This document shows, piece by piece, positions 8,375 through 17,797 of a stretch of DNA of 64,000 nucleotides. Location: contig CAVSGM010000001.1 of assembly GCA_963727485.1 (NCBI GenBank), positions 1,120,001 through 1,184,000 on the forward strand. The letters are read 5' to 3'. The position numbers and the translations under genes were made by a program. The stretch comes from an uncultured delta proteobacterium. GTDB lineage: Bacteria > Myxococcota > Myxococcia > SLRQ01. The notes beneath the pieces were generated by a model. The model worked only from the letters and a program-made list of their open reading frames with translations. It searched no databases and was not told where the DNA came from. The stretch's first letter is position 1. Every line of letters begins with the position of its first letter.

Positions 8375-11300
8375 GCGTTGCCTCCCTTCTTGGCGCCGGC
8401 CTTCTGGGGCGGGCGCTCCTGGGCGTTCTGCTTCTGCGGCGTCGCCGGGGCGGCCATGGAGCCGGCCCCCGAGAGCAGCCGGCCGCCGGCGCCGCCGGGC
8501 TTGAACTTCTTGAGCGCCGTGGTCGCGGCCTGGCCCAGGCCCAGCTGCTGGAGGCCGTAGGCGAGGTTCTTCCGGCCCGCCTCCAGGCCCCCGTCGGCGG
8601 CCTGGGCGAAGGCGTCGAGGGCGCCCTCGTAGTCGCCCGCCTGCCAGCTGGCCACCCCCAGGAGGTCCTGGTCGGTGGGGCCGCCGCCGCTGCTCGCGGC
8701 GTGGGCGAAGACCAGCCGCGCCGCGTGGGCGTCGCCGGCGTCGAGGAAGGCGGTGCCCAGCTTGCGCAGGCTGTCGAGGTCGTCGGGGTTCCGGGAGAGC
8801 TGGTTGCGCAGGTCTCCGAGGCCCTTGATGTCGGCCCCGGCCGCATGCCGCGGCTTGAGCTGGTCGAAGGCCACCGGGTCGTGGCTGGGGAGCTTGCCCG
8901 CCAGGCAGGCGCGCACCGCCGGGTTGAACTCGTGACCCGTCCACGCCTGGTTGGCGCAGGCCTCGAGGGCGTCCTTGGACTCGCTGCGGAGCTTGTCGAT
9001 GCGCTGCTGGAGGGCGCCGCGAACCTGCTTGGCCTGGTCGGCGGTGAGCCCCGGGGGCATCTTCATGTTGGCGAAGCGGTCGGCGCTGGTCTTGGCCATG
9101 TACGCCAGCCGCCCCAGGGCCGCGGCGGTGATGAGCGGGCTGCCCTGGCGCGCCGCCTTGAGGTAGCTCTCCTCGGTCACCTGGAGCAGGCCGATGAACT
9201 CCTGGATCGACTCGACGCTGGAGCCGAGCTGGTACTTCTCCAGGGCCGCGTTGTAGACCTCGGCGAGGCCGTAGTTGGCCCGGGCCTGGGCCCCGGTGGA
9301 GGTGCCCGCACCGGACTTCATCACCTGGTCGAAGGTGGCCTCGGCGGCGTCGGTGTTGCCCTGGCGGAGCTGGGCGAGGCCGAGGCGCGCCAGGACGTCC
9401 GGGCTCCCGTCGTCGGCGTAGGGCTGGAGGTGGCTGACGATGTCCGCCGGCCGCCCCTCGCGCTCGAGGAGCTCGGCGAGGTCGGCCTCGGGGGCGGACT
9501 TGGCCGGGCCCTGGGCCTGGGTGATGGCCGACTGGTAGGCCTTGCGGGCGTCGTTGTCGTCGGCGAGCTGCTCCTGGAGCTGACCGGCGGCCACCAGGAG
9601 GGTCACCCGCTCGGCGGGGTTGGCCTGGGCGGCCTTGTGGAAGAACTGGATCGCCCGGTCGAACTCGAAGCGCGCCGCGGCGGTCCGCGCCAGGGTGGAG
9701 AGGATGCCCGGGAGCTGGTCGCTCTTGGGGTACTTCTGGGCGATCTGGTCGCCGAGCTTGTAGAGGTCGGTGCTGTCACCCGAGGCCCGGGCGGCGACGA
9801 AGGCGTTGAGCAGGGCCCGCTGCCCCAGGTCGGTGCCGGCGTAGCGCTGGGCGAACTTCTCGAGCTGCTTGACCCCGCCGCCCTCCTCGCCGGCGGCCGA
9901 GAGCGAGAGCTCGTCGAGGCGGCGCTGCTCGGCGGCGAGGACGATGGGCTTGATCTTGGCCTTGAGGGTGTCGCCCGCGGGGCTGCCCCCGGCGAGGTAC
10001 CGCCGGCCGGCGTTGATGAGGCCCTCGTAGTCGTCGATGGTGTTGTAGGAGTCGAGGATGAGGTTGATGGCCGCGTCGGACTCCTGGCTGCCCGGGTACT
10101 CGTAGGCCACGGCGTTGAGGCGCTCGATGGCCTCCCGGTAGCGCCCCTCGTCGTAGTAGGTCTGGGCGATGGCGAACTTCACCCGCCTCGCCTTGTCCTT
10201 GCCCAGGCCGAGGCCGAGCAGCTCGGTGCCGGCCCGGCGCAGGGCCGCCCGGGCGACCACCCGGTCGACGTGGTTGGGCGAGACCTTGGCCAGGGCCTTC
10301 TGGAGCTGCACCACCGAGTCGTAGAGGTCGTCCTTCCGGTTGGCGGTCTCCTGCTTCTTCGTGTCGGCCTTCGCCTTCGCCTGCTTCTTCGCCGCCTTCT
10401 TCGGCGGCGGCAGCGGCTGCTGCGCCCGCTCCTTCAGCACGGTCGCGGCGGCGAGGTAGCGGCGCCCGGCGTCGAGGGGGTCCCCCGCCATCTTCAGCAT
10501 GTCGCCGAGGTTCTCCAGCATGTCGGCGCGGTGCCTGGTGTGGGGGAAGGCGTCGAGGTAGGCGCGGTCGGCCATCGCCACCTTGGCGGCGAAGCGGGCG
10601 CTCTTCTTGCGGAGGGCCACGGTCTGGGCCCGGGTCGCGAGGTCGCGGGTGTAGGCCTCGAACTCCTTGACCAGGGACGCCCGGCGCTGGTCGGTGGTCC
10701 CCGGCAGCTCGGACTCACGCCGGGCGGTGGTGGCGATGAGCGTCACGTCCTGGCCCACCTCGTGGTAGCTCTTGAGGCGCTTGAGGGCCGAGTAGAGCAT
10801 CCGGGCGTCGTCGAGGCGGTCGGTGCCGTCGGGCCCGAGGGTGAGCAGCTCCCGGCCCACGGCGATGGCCCCGATGGCCTGGTCCATGATCCCGTAGCGG
10901 GTGGCGAGCTTCTCCAGGGCGGCGACGTAGTCGACGCGGTTCGCCGCCAGGTGGTGGAGGTAGGCCACCGCGTGCTCGGGCTTCTTCTCCCGGCTGTAGC
11001 AGTAGGTGAGGTCGACCAGGGCCTCCCGGCGCACGTCGATGGAGCGGCCGGTGATGGTGGTGTCCTTGCGGTGGCGCTTGCCCTCGGAGGCCACGTGCTC
11101 CGCCCAGCCCTTGGAGGCGATGATCGCCTTCTCGAAGTCGGAGAGGGCGTTCTTGCAGTCGCCCTGGTTCACCTTCACCCAGGCCTGCTTGTAGAACGCC
11201 AGGCCGCTGATGCGGCTGGGCCCGCCGCCGATGATCTGCCCGTACCACTTGGCGGCGTCGTCGAGCTGGTTCTTGTCGAAGTGGTAGTCGCCGAGGGTGA

Positions 11301-11814
11301 GCAGGGCCTCGTTGGCCAGGGGGCTGGTGGGGTACTTGGCGACCATCTCCTCGAGGGTCGACTGCATCTTGTCGAACTCCCCGAGCTCGCGCTCCTCCTG
11401 GCCCACGTCGAGGAGGATCCGCGGCGCCAGGGACGTCTTGGGGTAGCGCCGGAGCACCATGTGGTAGGTGGAGATCGCCTCCTCCTTGAGGAGGCGCACC
11501 TGGGGCACGTGGAGCACCTTGCTGGAGCGCTGCTCCCGCTCGTAGGCGACCTGGTAGTGGTACTTCGCCTCCTCGGAGAGGAGCTCGGCGAGGCGCACGT
11601 AGAGCTCGGGGAGGTAGGGGGCGCCCTGGGAGCCGGCGATGGTCCGCCGGGTCTCGGAGATGGCGTGGCGCACCTTGGTGATGCGGATGCGCAGCTGCTC
11701 CACGTAGGGGGTGTCGTGGACCACCAGCTTGTGGTGGGCGCACCCGCCGGCGAGGGCGAGGAGGGCGGCGACGAGGCCGACGCGGCCCAGGGGCCCGAGG
11801 GTCAGTCGATGCAT
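8371..11814 (-). CDS. Large TPR-repeat lipoprotein, GltD(AgmU)/GltE-like
   Basis: Lipobox LAGG-C; many TPRs (YPTSPLANEALLTLGDYHFD, AFYKQAWVKVNQGD, REALVDLTYCY); position inside an agl/glt-like operon. Confidence 0.85.
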   Translation of the reverse strand: MHRLTLGPLGRVGLVAALLALAGGCAHHKLVVHDTPYVEQLRIRITKVRHAISETRRTIAGSQGAPYLPELYVRLAELLSEEAKYHYQVAYEREQRSSKVLHVPQVRLLKEEAISTYHMVLRRYPKTSLAPRILLDVGQEERELGEFDKMQSTLEEMVAKYPTSPLANEALLTLGDYHFDKNQLDDAAKWYGQIIGGGPSRISGLAFYKQAWVKVNQGDCKNALSDFEKAIIASKGWAEHVASEGKRHRKDTTITGRSIDVRREALVDLTYCYSREKKPEHAVAYLHHLAANRVDYVAALEKLATRYGIMDQAIGAIAVGRELLTLGPDGTDRLDDARMLYSALKRLKSYHEVGQDVTLIATTARRESELPGTTDQRRASLVKEFEAYTRDLATRAQTVALRKKSARFAAKVAMADRAYLDAFPHTRHRADMLENLGDMLKMAGDPLDAGRRYLAAATVLKERAQQPLPPPKKAAKKQAKAKADTKKQETANRKDDLYDSVVQLQKALAKVSPNHVDRVVARAALRRAGTELLGLGLGKDKARRVKFAIAQTYYDEGRYREAIERLNAVAYEYPGSQESDAAINLILDSYNTIDDYEGLINAGRRYLAGGSPAGDTLKAKIKPIVLAAEQRRLDELSLSAAGEEGGGVKQLEKFAQRYAGTDLGQRALLNAFVAARASGDSTDLYKLGDQIAQKYPKSDQLPGILSTLARTAAARFEFDRAIQFFHKAAQANPAERVTLLVAAGQLQEQLADDNDARKAYQSAITQAQGPAKSAPEADLAELLEREGRPADIVSHLQPYADDGSPDVLARLGLAQLRQGNTDAAEATFDQVMKSGAGTSTGAQARANYGLAEVYNAALEKYQLGSSVESIQEFIGLLQVTEESYLKAARQGSPLITAAALGRLAYMAKTSADRFANMKMPPGLTADQAKQVRGALQQRIDKLRSESKDALEACANQAWTGHEFNPAVRACLAGKLPSHDPVAFDQLKPRHAAGADIKGLGDLRNQLSRNPDDLDSLRKLGTAFLDAGDAHAARLVFAHAASSGGGPTDQDLLGVASWQAGDYEGALDAFAQAADGGLEAGRKNLAYGLQQLGLGQAATTALKKFKPGGAGGRLLSGAGSMAAPATPQKQNAQERPPQKAGAKKGGNA

Positions 11815-13280
11815 CGGTCCTCCGCGAAGACGACCAGGTCGTCGAGCTCGTCGGTCCAGAACTCACCGTCGAAGCGGTAGCCGACCTTCTTGCCGCCGAC
11901 CTGGATCTTCGGCGGCGGCGCCTCCGGGGGACCGCCGGGGCGCCGGCGCCCGCGGAGCAGGGCCACGGAGAGCTCGTGGAGGATGAGACGCACCCCCTCG
12001 TCGGCGGCCAGCAGGTCGTCGGCGAGGCCGTCGACCTCCCGGGAGAGGACCTCGTTCTCCCGGCGCTTCGCCTCGGCGATGCCCGCCTGGTAGACGTCCC
12101 GGAGGTGGAGGTAGAGGTCGGTGCCCAGCTTGCCGCGCAACCGCTTCACCGTCGCCGCCTCGCGCTCCAGGCGCTCCTTGTAGAGGGCGGCGGTGTGGGT
12201 CTGGCCCCGCTGCTCGGCGGCGGCGCGCAGGGCCCGGGAGTGGTCGAGGGGCACGCCGTCGTAGATGTCCTTGAGGGCGTCGCCGTGGCGCTCCCGGAGG
12301 CGGACCGCGGCGCGGCGGGCCGGGCCGAACTGGCACAGCCGCCGCAGGCACAGCGCCTCGAGGAGGAAGCGCTGGGGGGCGATGAGGTCGTGGTACTCCG
12401 GGGCGTCGAGGGCCAGGAGCAGGCCGAGCGCCCGGCGCGAGTCGCCCCGGTAGTAGTAGGTCCAGGCCATCTCCAGGAGCAGCTCGGGGTCGTTCGGCAC
12501 CAGCTTGCGGATCTTCCGGTAGTGGCCGAGCGCCTGGGCGTAGTCCTTCTGCTCGAAGAAGATCCGCGCCAGGCTCCGGTGGACCTTGGCGGCGAGGTCG
12601 GCGGGGAGGGTCTTGCCACCCCCGGCGAGGATGGCCTGGAAGGCCTTCACCGCGTCGTCGAGCTTGCGGGCCGCCACCAGGCGCACCGCCTGCACGTACC
12701 GGGCGCGCCAGTAGTAGCTGCTGGTCTTGGGGATCCGGGCGAAGCGCAGGTCGGCCCAGGCGTCGAGGCCCTCCCGGGCGCTGTCGAGGCCCTGCTCGTA
12801 GTCCACGAAGGGCTGGACGTCGGCGGGCAGGTCCGGGAGGTCGGCGGAGGCGATGAAGCCCCGGACCAGGGTGGCGTCGTCGTGGGGCCCGCCCATGACG
12901 ATGCGCATGATCCCGCGGACCGCCTCGGGCACCAGGGTGGGATCGCGGCGGGCCCGGGCGATGTCGAGGTAGCGGAGGCTGGCGGCGTAGGTCAGCCCCA
13001 GCTTCTCCTCGCTCTCGCCGATGAGGCGCTCGGCGCGGTCGTAGCGCGGGTCGTCGGTGGTGGCGCCCTTGAGGTAGTGGAACGCCGCGGCGGAGGCCAC
13101 CGCCGGGCTGCCCCCCTGGGTCGCCCGCACCGCCATGGCGTAGGCGTCGTCCCGGTCCTTGGGCACGTGGGTGGTGGCGCAGGACGCCAGCAGGCACGCC
13201 AGCGCCACCACGCCGGCCCGCCGCCCCCCCGGCCACCTGCGGGGATCAGAGCGAGAGGCCGAGGCCGATCCAGAGCTCAT
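11802..13280 (-). CDS. GltC-like TPR lipoprotein
   Basis: Lipobox LLAS-C; TPRs (IPKTSSYYWRARY, LLEMAWTYYYRGD..RALGLL); C-terminal F.GEFW.DEL....C motif typical of GltC-family proteins. Start uncertain. Confidence 0.82.
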   Translation of the reverse strand: MSSGSASASRSDPRRWPGGRRAGVVALACLLASCATTHVPKDRDDAYAMAVRATQGGSPAVASAAAFHYLKGATTDDPRYDRAERLIGESEEKLGLTYAASLRYLDIARARRDPTLVPEAVRGIMRIVMGGPHDDATLVRGFIASADLPDLPADVQPFVDYEQGLDSAREGLDAWADLRFARIPKTSSYYWRARYVQAVRLVAARKLDDAVKAFQAILAGGGKTLPADLAAKVHRSLARIFFEQKDYAQALGHYRKIRKLVPNDPELLLEMAWTYYYRGDSRRALGLLLALDAPEYHDLIAPQRFLLEALCLRRLCQFGPARRAAVRLRERHGDALKDIYDGVPLDHSRALRAAAEQRGQTHTAALYKERLEREAATVKRLRGKLGTDLYLHLRDVYQAGIAEAKRRENEVLSREVDGLADDLLAADEGVRLILHELSVALLRGRRRPGGPPEAPPPKIQVGGKKVGYRFDGEFWTDELDDLVVFAEDRCID

Positions 13281-13860
13281 TGTGGATGTCCGAGGTCGTG
13301 AAGAAGGCGAGGTCGCGCAGGTCGAGGCGGAAGGAGACGGTGTGGCTCATGTAGAACCGGAAGCCCATCCCCAGGTCCACCACCGGGCGGCCGGAGCGGG
13401 TGAGGGTGCCGTAGCCGCCGCCGGCGACGAAGAAGATCTCGCCGTGGATGACGTTCTCGTTGAGCAGGGCGCCCTTCCAGTAGATGGGCTTCCACATGAA
13501 GTTGCTGGTGGCGTACCAGATCACCCGCTCGAAGGGCGTGGGCTGGACGTCGAGGGCCAGCAGGTCCGCCTTCAGGTGGGTGTCCACCGGGAAGGAGTAG
13601 GAGCCCTGGATCATCTCCCAGGCGTAGAGGTCATCGAAGTGCAGGGTGTAGGAACCGCTGACCGTGATGCCCTTGGTGAACGCGTCGAGAGGAAGCACGC
13701 CCACGGCGACGTCGAACTCGTGGCGCTCGAAGTCCTGGCGGTTCTGCACCGCCACCGTGGACAGCGCCGTCCCCGACGGCGTGTCGGCCCGGGCGGGGGT
13801 GGCGAAGGCGAGGGTGGCGAGGGCGGCGATCACCGCGCTGGCGCCCGCATTTTTCAACAT
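13246..13860 (-). CDS. Outer-membrane beta-barrel protein, GltA/GltB/GltH-like
   Basis: GAGGAGG RBS before ATG 13860; signal peptide; AVQNR...RHEF...LPLDAF.KG motif; amphipathic strands ending GLGLSL. Confidence 0.85.
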   Translation of the reverse strand: MLKNAGASAVIAALATLAFATPARADTPSGTALSTVAVQNRQDFERHEFDVAVGVLPLDAFTKGITVSGSYTLHFDDLYAWEMIQGSYSFPVDTHLKADLLALDVQPTPFERVIWYATSNFMWKPIYWKGALLNENVIHGEIFFVAGGGYGTLTRSGRPVVDLGMGFRFYMSHTVSFRLDLRDLAFFTTSDIHNELWIGLGLSL

Positions 13861-13874
13861 CGTAGACGGCCTCC

Positions 13875-16769
13875 TCATGAGGGGACGCTGCGGAACATGA
13901 AGGGATAGGCGATGCTCACGCTGCCGCCCTTGGGGCGGGGAAAGCGCATCCGCTTGATCACGCGGATGATGCAGCGGGACACCTTGGCGTCGTTCATGCT
14001 GCTGGAGCGCTCCCGGGCGGTGGACACCCGGCCGCTGGCCAGCACCGTCCACTGGAACTCGACCTTGCCGCCGAGGCCCGGGTGGTGATTGAGGGCGCGC
14101 TCGTAGCAGCCCTGGATCTGGCCGAGGTGCTCGTTGATGACCTTGAGCACCTGGGAGCGGGAGAGGCTGCCCGAGACCCGGGCCAGGGCCCGGATGCCGC
14201 TGACCCGGCCGCGGACATGGCCGCCGCCGCCCCGGCCCCGGAGCTTGCCCACGCCGTTGCCGGCGATCTCCTTGCCGGAGAGGGTGCCGATGTCACCGCC
14301 CCCGCCGGTGGCGAGGTTGACCTTGCCGCCCTTGAGGGCCGCGAGCGTCCCCGCCACCTTGAAGGCGCCGTGGCTGTGGCCGGACTTGCCGCCCACCGCG
14401 TCGATGTTGGAGACCACGTCCTTGAGGGTCTTGCCGTTGCCGGCGACCGGCGAGCGCAGGGCGTTGAGCAGCGAGGTGGTGCCGCCGCCGCCCCGGCCCC
14501 CGCCGTGGTGGCGGAAGCGCTTGGTGATCCGGGCGATGCGCCGCTGGAGGCGCTTGGGGATCTGGGGCTGCGCCTCGGTGGGATCGGCGCGCCGGAGGGG
14601 GATGACCTTCGGGTGGTGGCGGCGGCGCTTCTTGTGGTGGACCCGGTGGTGGGCGAGCTTCTTCGGGGTCTTGAGCTCGGCGAAGCGCTCGGCGAGCTTG
14701 GTGTTGGCCACCGGGATCTTCACGCCCACCACGCTGGAGAGCATGAAGGCGAGGAGCAGGAGCATGTGGATGCCCACGGCCCCGCCGATGCACGCGCCCC
14801 AGACCTTGGCGGCGAAGGGGCTCCGGGGGCTCCGGGGCGGCGCCGGTGGCCGGTAGACCCGGACCCGGTACTGGAAGCCCTCGTGCTCGAGGAATCGAGG
14901 CGGTCGTTCTCGTCGAGGACCACCTTGGCCGGGCCCAGGAGGGACTCCTGGCCACCCCTCGCGCGCCGCAGCAGGCCCTGGGCGTTCTCCGGGAGCTTGA
15001 CGGTACAGGTCCGCGGGCCCATCCGCGCCAGGTGCGGGTGGCGCCGGGCCCGGTAGCCCTGGAACGCCCGGAGCACCGCCGAGTCGAGGATGGTGGCGCC
15101 CTGGTGGAAGAGCACCTCGGCGACGGGCTTCTCCTCGCTGCTGCCGATGGGCGAGGAGGCCGGTCCGTCGCTGGCGCCGAGGAGCGCCTCGAGGGGCAGC
15201 TCCGGGAGCAGGGGGACGTCGTCCTCGTCGTCGTCGTCGGGGATGGGCCCGGTGGCGTCCACCGGGTACTCGAGGCTCCGCGACGCCGGCGCCGGCGAAC
15301 GCGACGGAGGGGGCGCCGGGGGGGGCGGCTGGGGCCGGGGAGGCGCGCGGGTGGCCGGGGCCGGCTGGGGCTGGGCGGTGGACCGGGTGGGCTGCCGCGC
15401 CGCCGGGGCCTGGGCCGCGGGGTCCGGGAGGGCGGGGTAGGCCGGGAGGGTGGCCTCGCCCCCCACCGGAGGCGCCTGGCGCGCGGGGGCGGTGGGCGGC
15501 GCCGCCTCCGGCCAGGGCGAGGCCTGGGGCCGGGGCGGCGGGGTGGCCATGGAGTCGAGGAGGGAGCGGGGGACGTGGGTCTCCTGGGTGACCGTCTCCT
15601 CGAAGGAGACCGCCTCCACCGCGTCGTCCCGGCCCTCGGGGCCCGCGAGGCTGCGCAAGAGCTCCGGCGGCACCTTCATCTGCACCGTCTCGTCGAAGGC
15701 ATCGTCGAGGGGCGCCGACCCGTCCGGGGCGGTGGTGTTCACCGCGGACGCCTCGGGCTCGTGGACGAAGACGGTGGAGATCTCGGCTGACCACCTCGGG
15801 CTCGATCTTCGCCGCGTCGCTCTGGATGACCTTCGCCCAGGCCGCGAGCCGGTCGGGGAAGAGGCTCTGCATGTACCGGGAGAGGTGGACCGGGGTCACC
15901 GGGGTGCCCTGGCCGTGGATGAACCGCTCCAGGGCGAGGTGCATCTCGTGGCAGTCCTGGAACCGGCGGTCCGGGTCCTTCTCCAGGGCCTTGAGGACGA
16001 TGGCGTCGAGGTCGGCGGGGATGCCCCGGCGCATGGTGCGCGGTGCCACCGCCGGCTGCTCGCAGATGGCGCGCACCAGGGCGAGGTCGCTGTCGGACTC
16101 GTAGAGCCGGGCGCCGGTGACCAGCTCCCAGAGCACGATGCCCAGCGCGAAGATGTCCGAGCGGTGGTCGAGGGGCTGGCCGCTCGCCTGCTCCGGCGAC
16201 ATGTAGCCGTAGTTGCCCTTGACCATCCCCACCCGCGTCGACTGCACCTTGGTGGCGGCCTTGGCGATGCCGAAGTCGACCACCTTCACCTGCCCCTGGT
16301 AGGAGAGGATGAGGTTCGCCGGGCTCACGTCCCGGTGGACCAGGTGGAGGGGGCGCCCGTCGTTCCCGGTCTTGGTGTGGGCGTAGTAGAGCGCCTCGCA
16401 GACCTGGGAGACGACCTTGGCGGCGTAGGTGACCGGCATCGCCATGTTGCCGCGGTCGGAGAGGCGCCGCTCCACGAAGTGGAGGTTCTCGCCCCGGACG
16501 AACTCCATGGCGAGGAAGTAGTCCTTGCCGTCCTGCCCGAGGTCGAAGAGCTGGACGATGTTGGGGTGGTCGAGCTGTGCCGCCAGCCGGCCCTCGTCGA
16601 GGAACATCTGGACGAAGTCGGCGTTCGCCGCCAGGTGGGGCAGGATGCGCTTGATGACGACGAGCTTCTGGAACCCGCCCACGCCATGCTGGCGGGCGAG
16701 CCAGATCTCGGCCATCCCGCCGGTGGCGAGGTGGTGCAGCAGCTCGTAGCGACCGAGCTTGCGGCTCAA
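13875..16769 (-). CDS. Ser/Thr protein kinase fused to a GltG-like protein (Pro-rich linker, TM helix, Gly-rich region, TonB-C/AgmX-PglI C-terminal domain); two compensating frameshifts
   Basis: TTG start at 16769. Kinase motifs GRYELL, GGMAEIW, VIKRI, HRDVSPAN, DFG, YMSPEQ. Reading moves to frame 14720..15742 near 15787 and back near 14895. TM GAVGIHMLLLLAFMLSS; C-terminus IQGCYERAL...GKVEFQW...CII..IKRMRFPRPKGGSVSIAYPFMF. Confidence 0.8.
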   Translation of the reverse strand: MSRKLGRYELLHHLATGGMAEIWLARQHGVGGFQKLVVIKRILPHLAANADFVQMFLDEGRLAAQLDHPNIVQLFDLGQDGKDYFLAMEFVRGENLHFVERRLSDRGNMAMPVTYAAKVVSQVCEALYYAHTKTGNDGRPLHLVHRDVSPANLILSYQGQVKVVDFGIAKAATKVQSTRVGMVKGNYGYMSPEQASGQPLDHRSDIFALGIVLWELVTGARLYESDSDLALVRAICEQPAVAPRTMRRGIPADLDAIVLKALEKDPDRRFQDCHEMHLALERFIHGQGTPVTPVHLSRYMQSLFPDRLAAWAKVIQSDAAKIEPEVVSRDLHRLRPRARGVRGEHHRPGRVGAPRRCLRRDGADEGAAGALAQPRGPRGPGRRGGGGLLRGDGHPGDPRPPLPPRLHGHPAAPAPGLALAGGGAAHRPRAPGASGGGRGHPPGLPRPPGPRGPGPGGAAAHPVHRPAPAGPGHPRASPAPAAPPGAPSVAFAGAGVAEPRVPGGRHRAHPRRRRRGRRPPAPGAAPRGAPRRQRRTGLLAHRQQRGEARRRGALPPGRHHPRLGGAPGVPGLPGPAPPAPGADGPADLYRQAPGERPGPAAAREGWPGVPPGPGQGGPRRERPPRFLEHEGFQYRVRVYRPPAPPRSPRSPFAAKVWGACIGGAVGIHMLLLLAFMLSSVVGVKIPVANTKLAERFAELKTPKKLAHHRVHHKKRRRHHPKVIPLRRADPTEAQPQIPKRLQRRIARITKRFRHHGGGRGGGGTTSLLNALRSPVAGNGKTLKDVVSNIDAVGGKSGHSHGAFKVAGTLAALKGGKVNLATGGGGDIGTLSGKEIAGNGVGKLRGRGGGGHVRGRVSGIRALARVSGSLSRSQVLKVINEHLGQIQGCYERALNHHPGLGGKVEFQWTVLASGRVSTARERSSSMNDAKVSRCIIRVIKRMRFPRPKGGSVSIAYPFMFRSVPS

Positions 16770-17252
16770 CGGTGCCCCTTCTTGTCGTGGTAGCCGGGTC
16801 CGAGGACCGGATCGACGATCAGGTGGAGGTAGCTCTGCTTCAGCTTGAGGAGCGGGGGGAGGCGCCGGGGCGCCCGGTTGAAGAGGTACACCGCGCCGTG
16901 AGGAGGCGGTCTGGCCCTGCACCAGGCGGGCGTCGAACTCCATGACCCGGGAGCGGCGCAGGGGGCTGCCGTTGCCGCCGGCGGCGGCCTTGCCGTCGGC
17001 GGCCGCCGGGGCCGGGGTGACGGAGGCGGTGGCCGGCGCGGCGGCCTTGGGGGGCGGCGCCTGCTTCTTCTCGACGCGGTGGCGGCGGTGACGCACGCGC
17101 CGGTGGCGCCGCCGGCGGCGACGGTGGCTGCCGCAGTCGGTGGCGCGGGCCCGCACGCCGGCCGGCGACCCGGCCCGGGCGGCCCGGGGGGCCACGAGCG
17201 CCAGCATCGCCGCGAGGGCGAGAGTGGGGGCGAGGGTGCGCATGGAGCTCAC
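16766..17252 (-). CDS. GltF/CglF-like small periplasmic protein (frameshift near 16900)
   Basis: Signal peptide and RVMEFDARLVQGQTAS, continuing after a one-base shift as GAVYLFNRAPRRLPPLLKLKQSYLHLIVDPVL...; TGA at 16766-16768 overlaps the kinase TTG. Confidence 0.75.
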
Positions 17253-17797
17253 TTCTTCATGATGGCCAGGCGGTACTTGTCGAAGCCGGCGATGCGGGCC
17301 GAGCGCATCACCAGGTAGAGCGTCTTGTAGGAGAGCCCCTTGTCGGCCTGGATCACCACGATGTCGGCGTCCGGGGTCTGGTCGTCGCCGCTGTCGGCGG
17401 AGTCGCCCTGGTCGTCCTGGTTCGCCTGGTCGTCCTTGGCCTTGGCCGCCGCATCGTCGCCGTTCGGGTGGTGCGCCTTGTAGGCGGCGGTCATCGCCTG
17501 GACCACGGCGTCGATCTGGCCGGCGTCGTAGTCGTCGGCGGGGGCCTTTCCGTGGTCGAGGGAGAAGATCTTCTTCTTGGCCACGAACACCCCGGCCTCG
17601 GTGACGGCCATGTTCACCGCCGGCTTGAACACCGAGTGCGCGGTGCTCTCGGGGAGCTTGAGGTCGGGGCGGAGCTTGAAGTTGTAGTCCTCGTTGCTGA
17701 AGCTGACGATGAGGAAGATGAGGATGATGGTGAACATGTCGAGAAGCGAGGTCAGCATCAGCGCTGGCGGCTTCTTCGCAGACGCGCGGTGTCTCAT
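17249..17797 (-). CDS. ExbD/TolR family protein (AglS-like)
   Basis: TM LTSLLDMFTIILIFLI with the conserved Asp; LKLPEST; IQADKGLSYKTLYLVMRSA..AGF. Confidence 0.92.
   Translation of the reverse strand: MRHRASAKKPPALMLTSLLDMFTIILIFLIVSFSNEDYNFKLRPDLKLPESTAHSVFKPAVNMAVTEAGVFVAKKKIFSLDHGKAPADDYDAGQIDAVVQAMTAAYKAHHPNGDDAAAKAKDDQANQDDQGDSADSGDDQTPDADIVVIQADKGLSYKTLYLVMRSARIAGFDKYRLAIMKK

Noticed and set aside
13875..17252. Single 1125-aa ORF as listed in the track
   Set aside because: It merges the GltF-like gene with the kinase and includes out-of-frame Arg/Pro/Gly-rich sequence; frameshifts explain it better.
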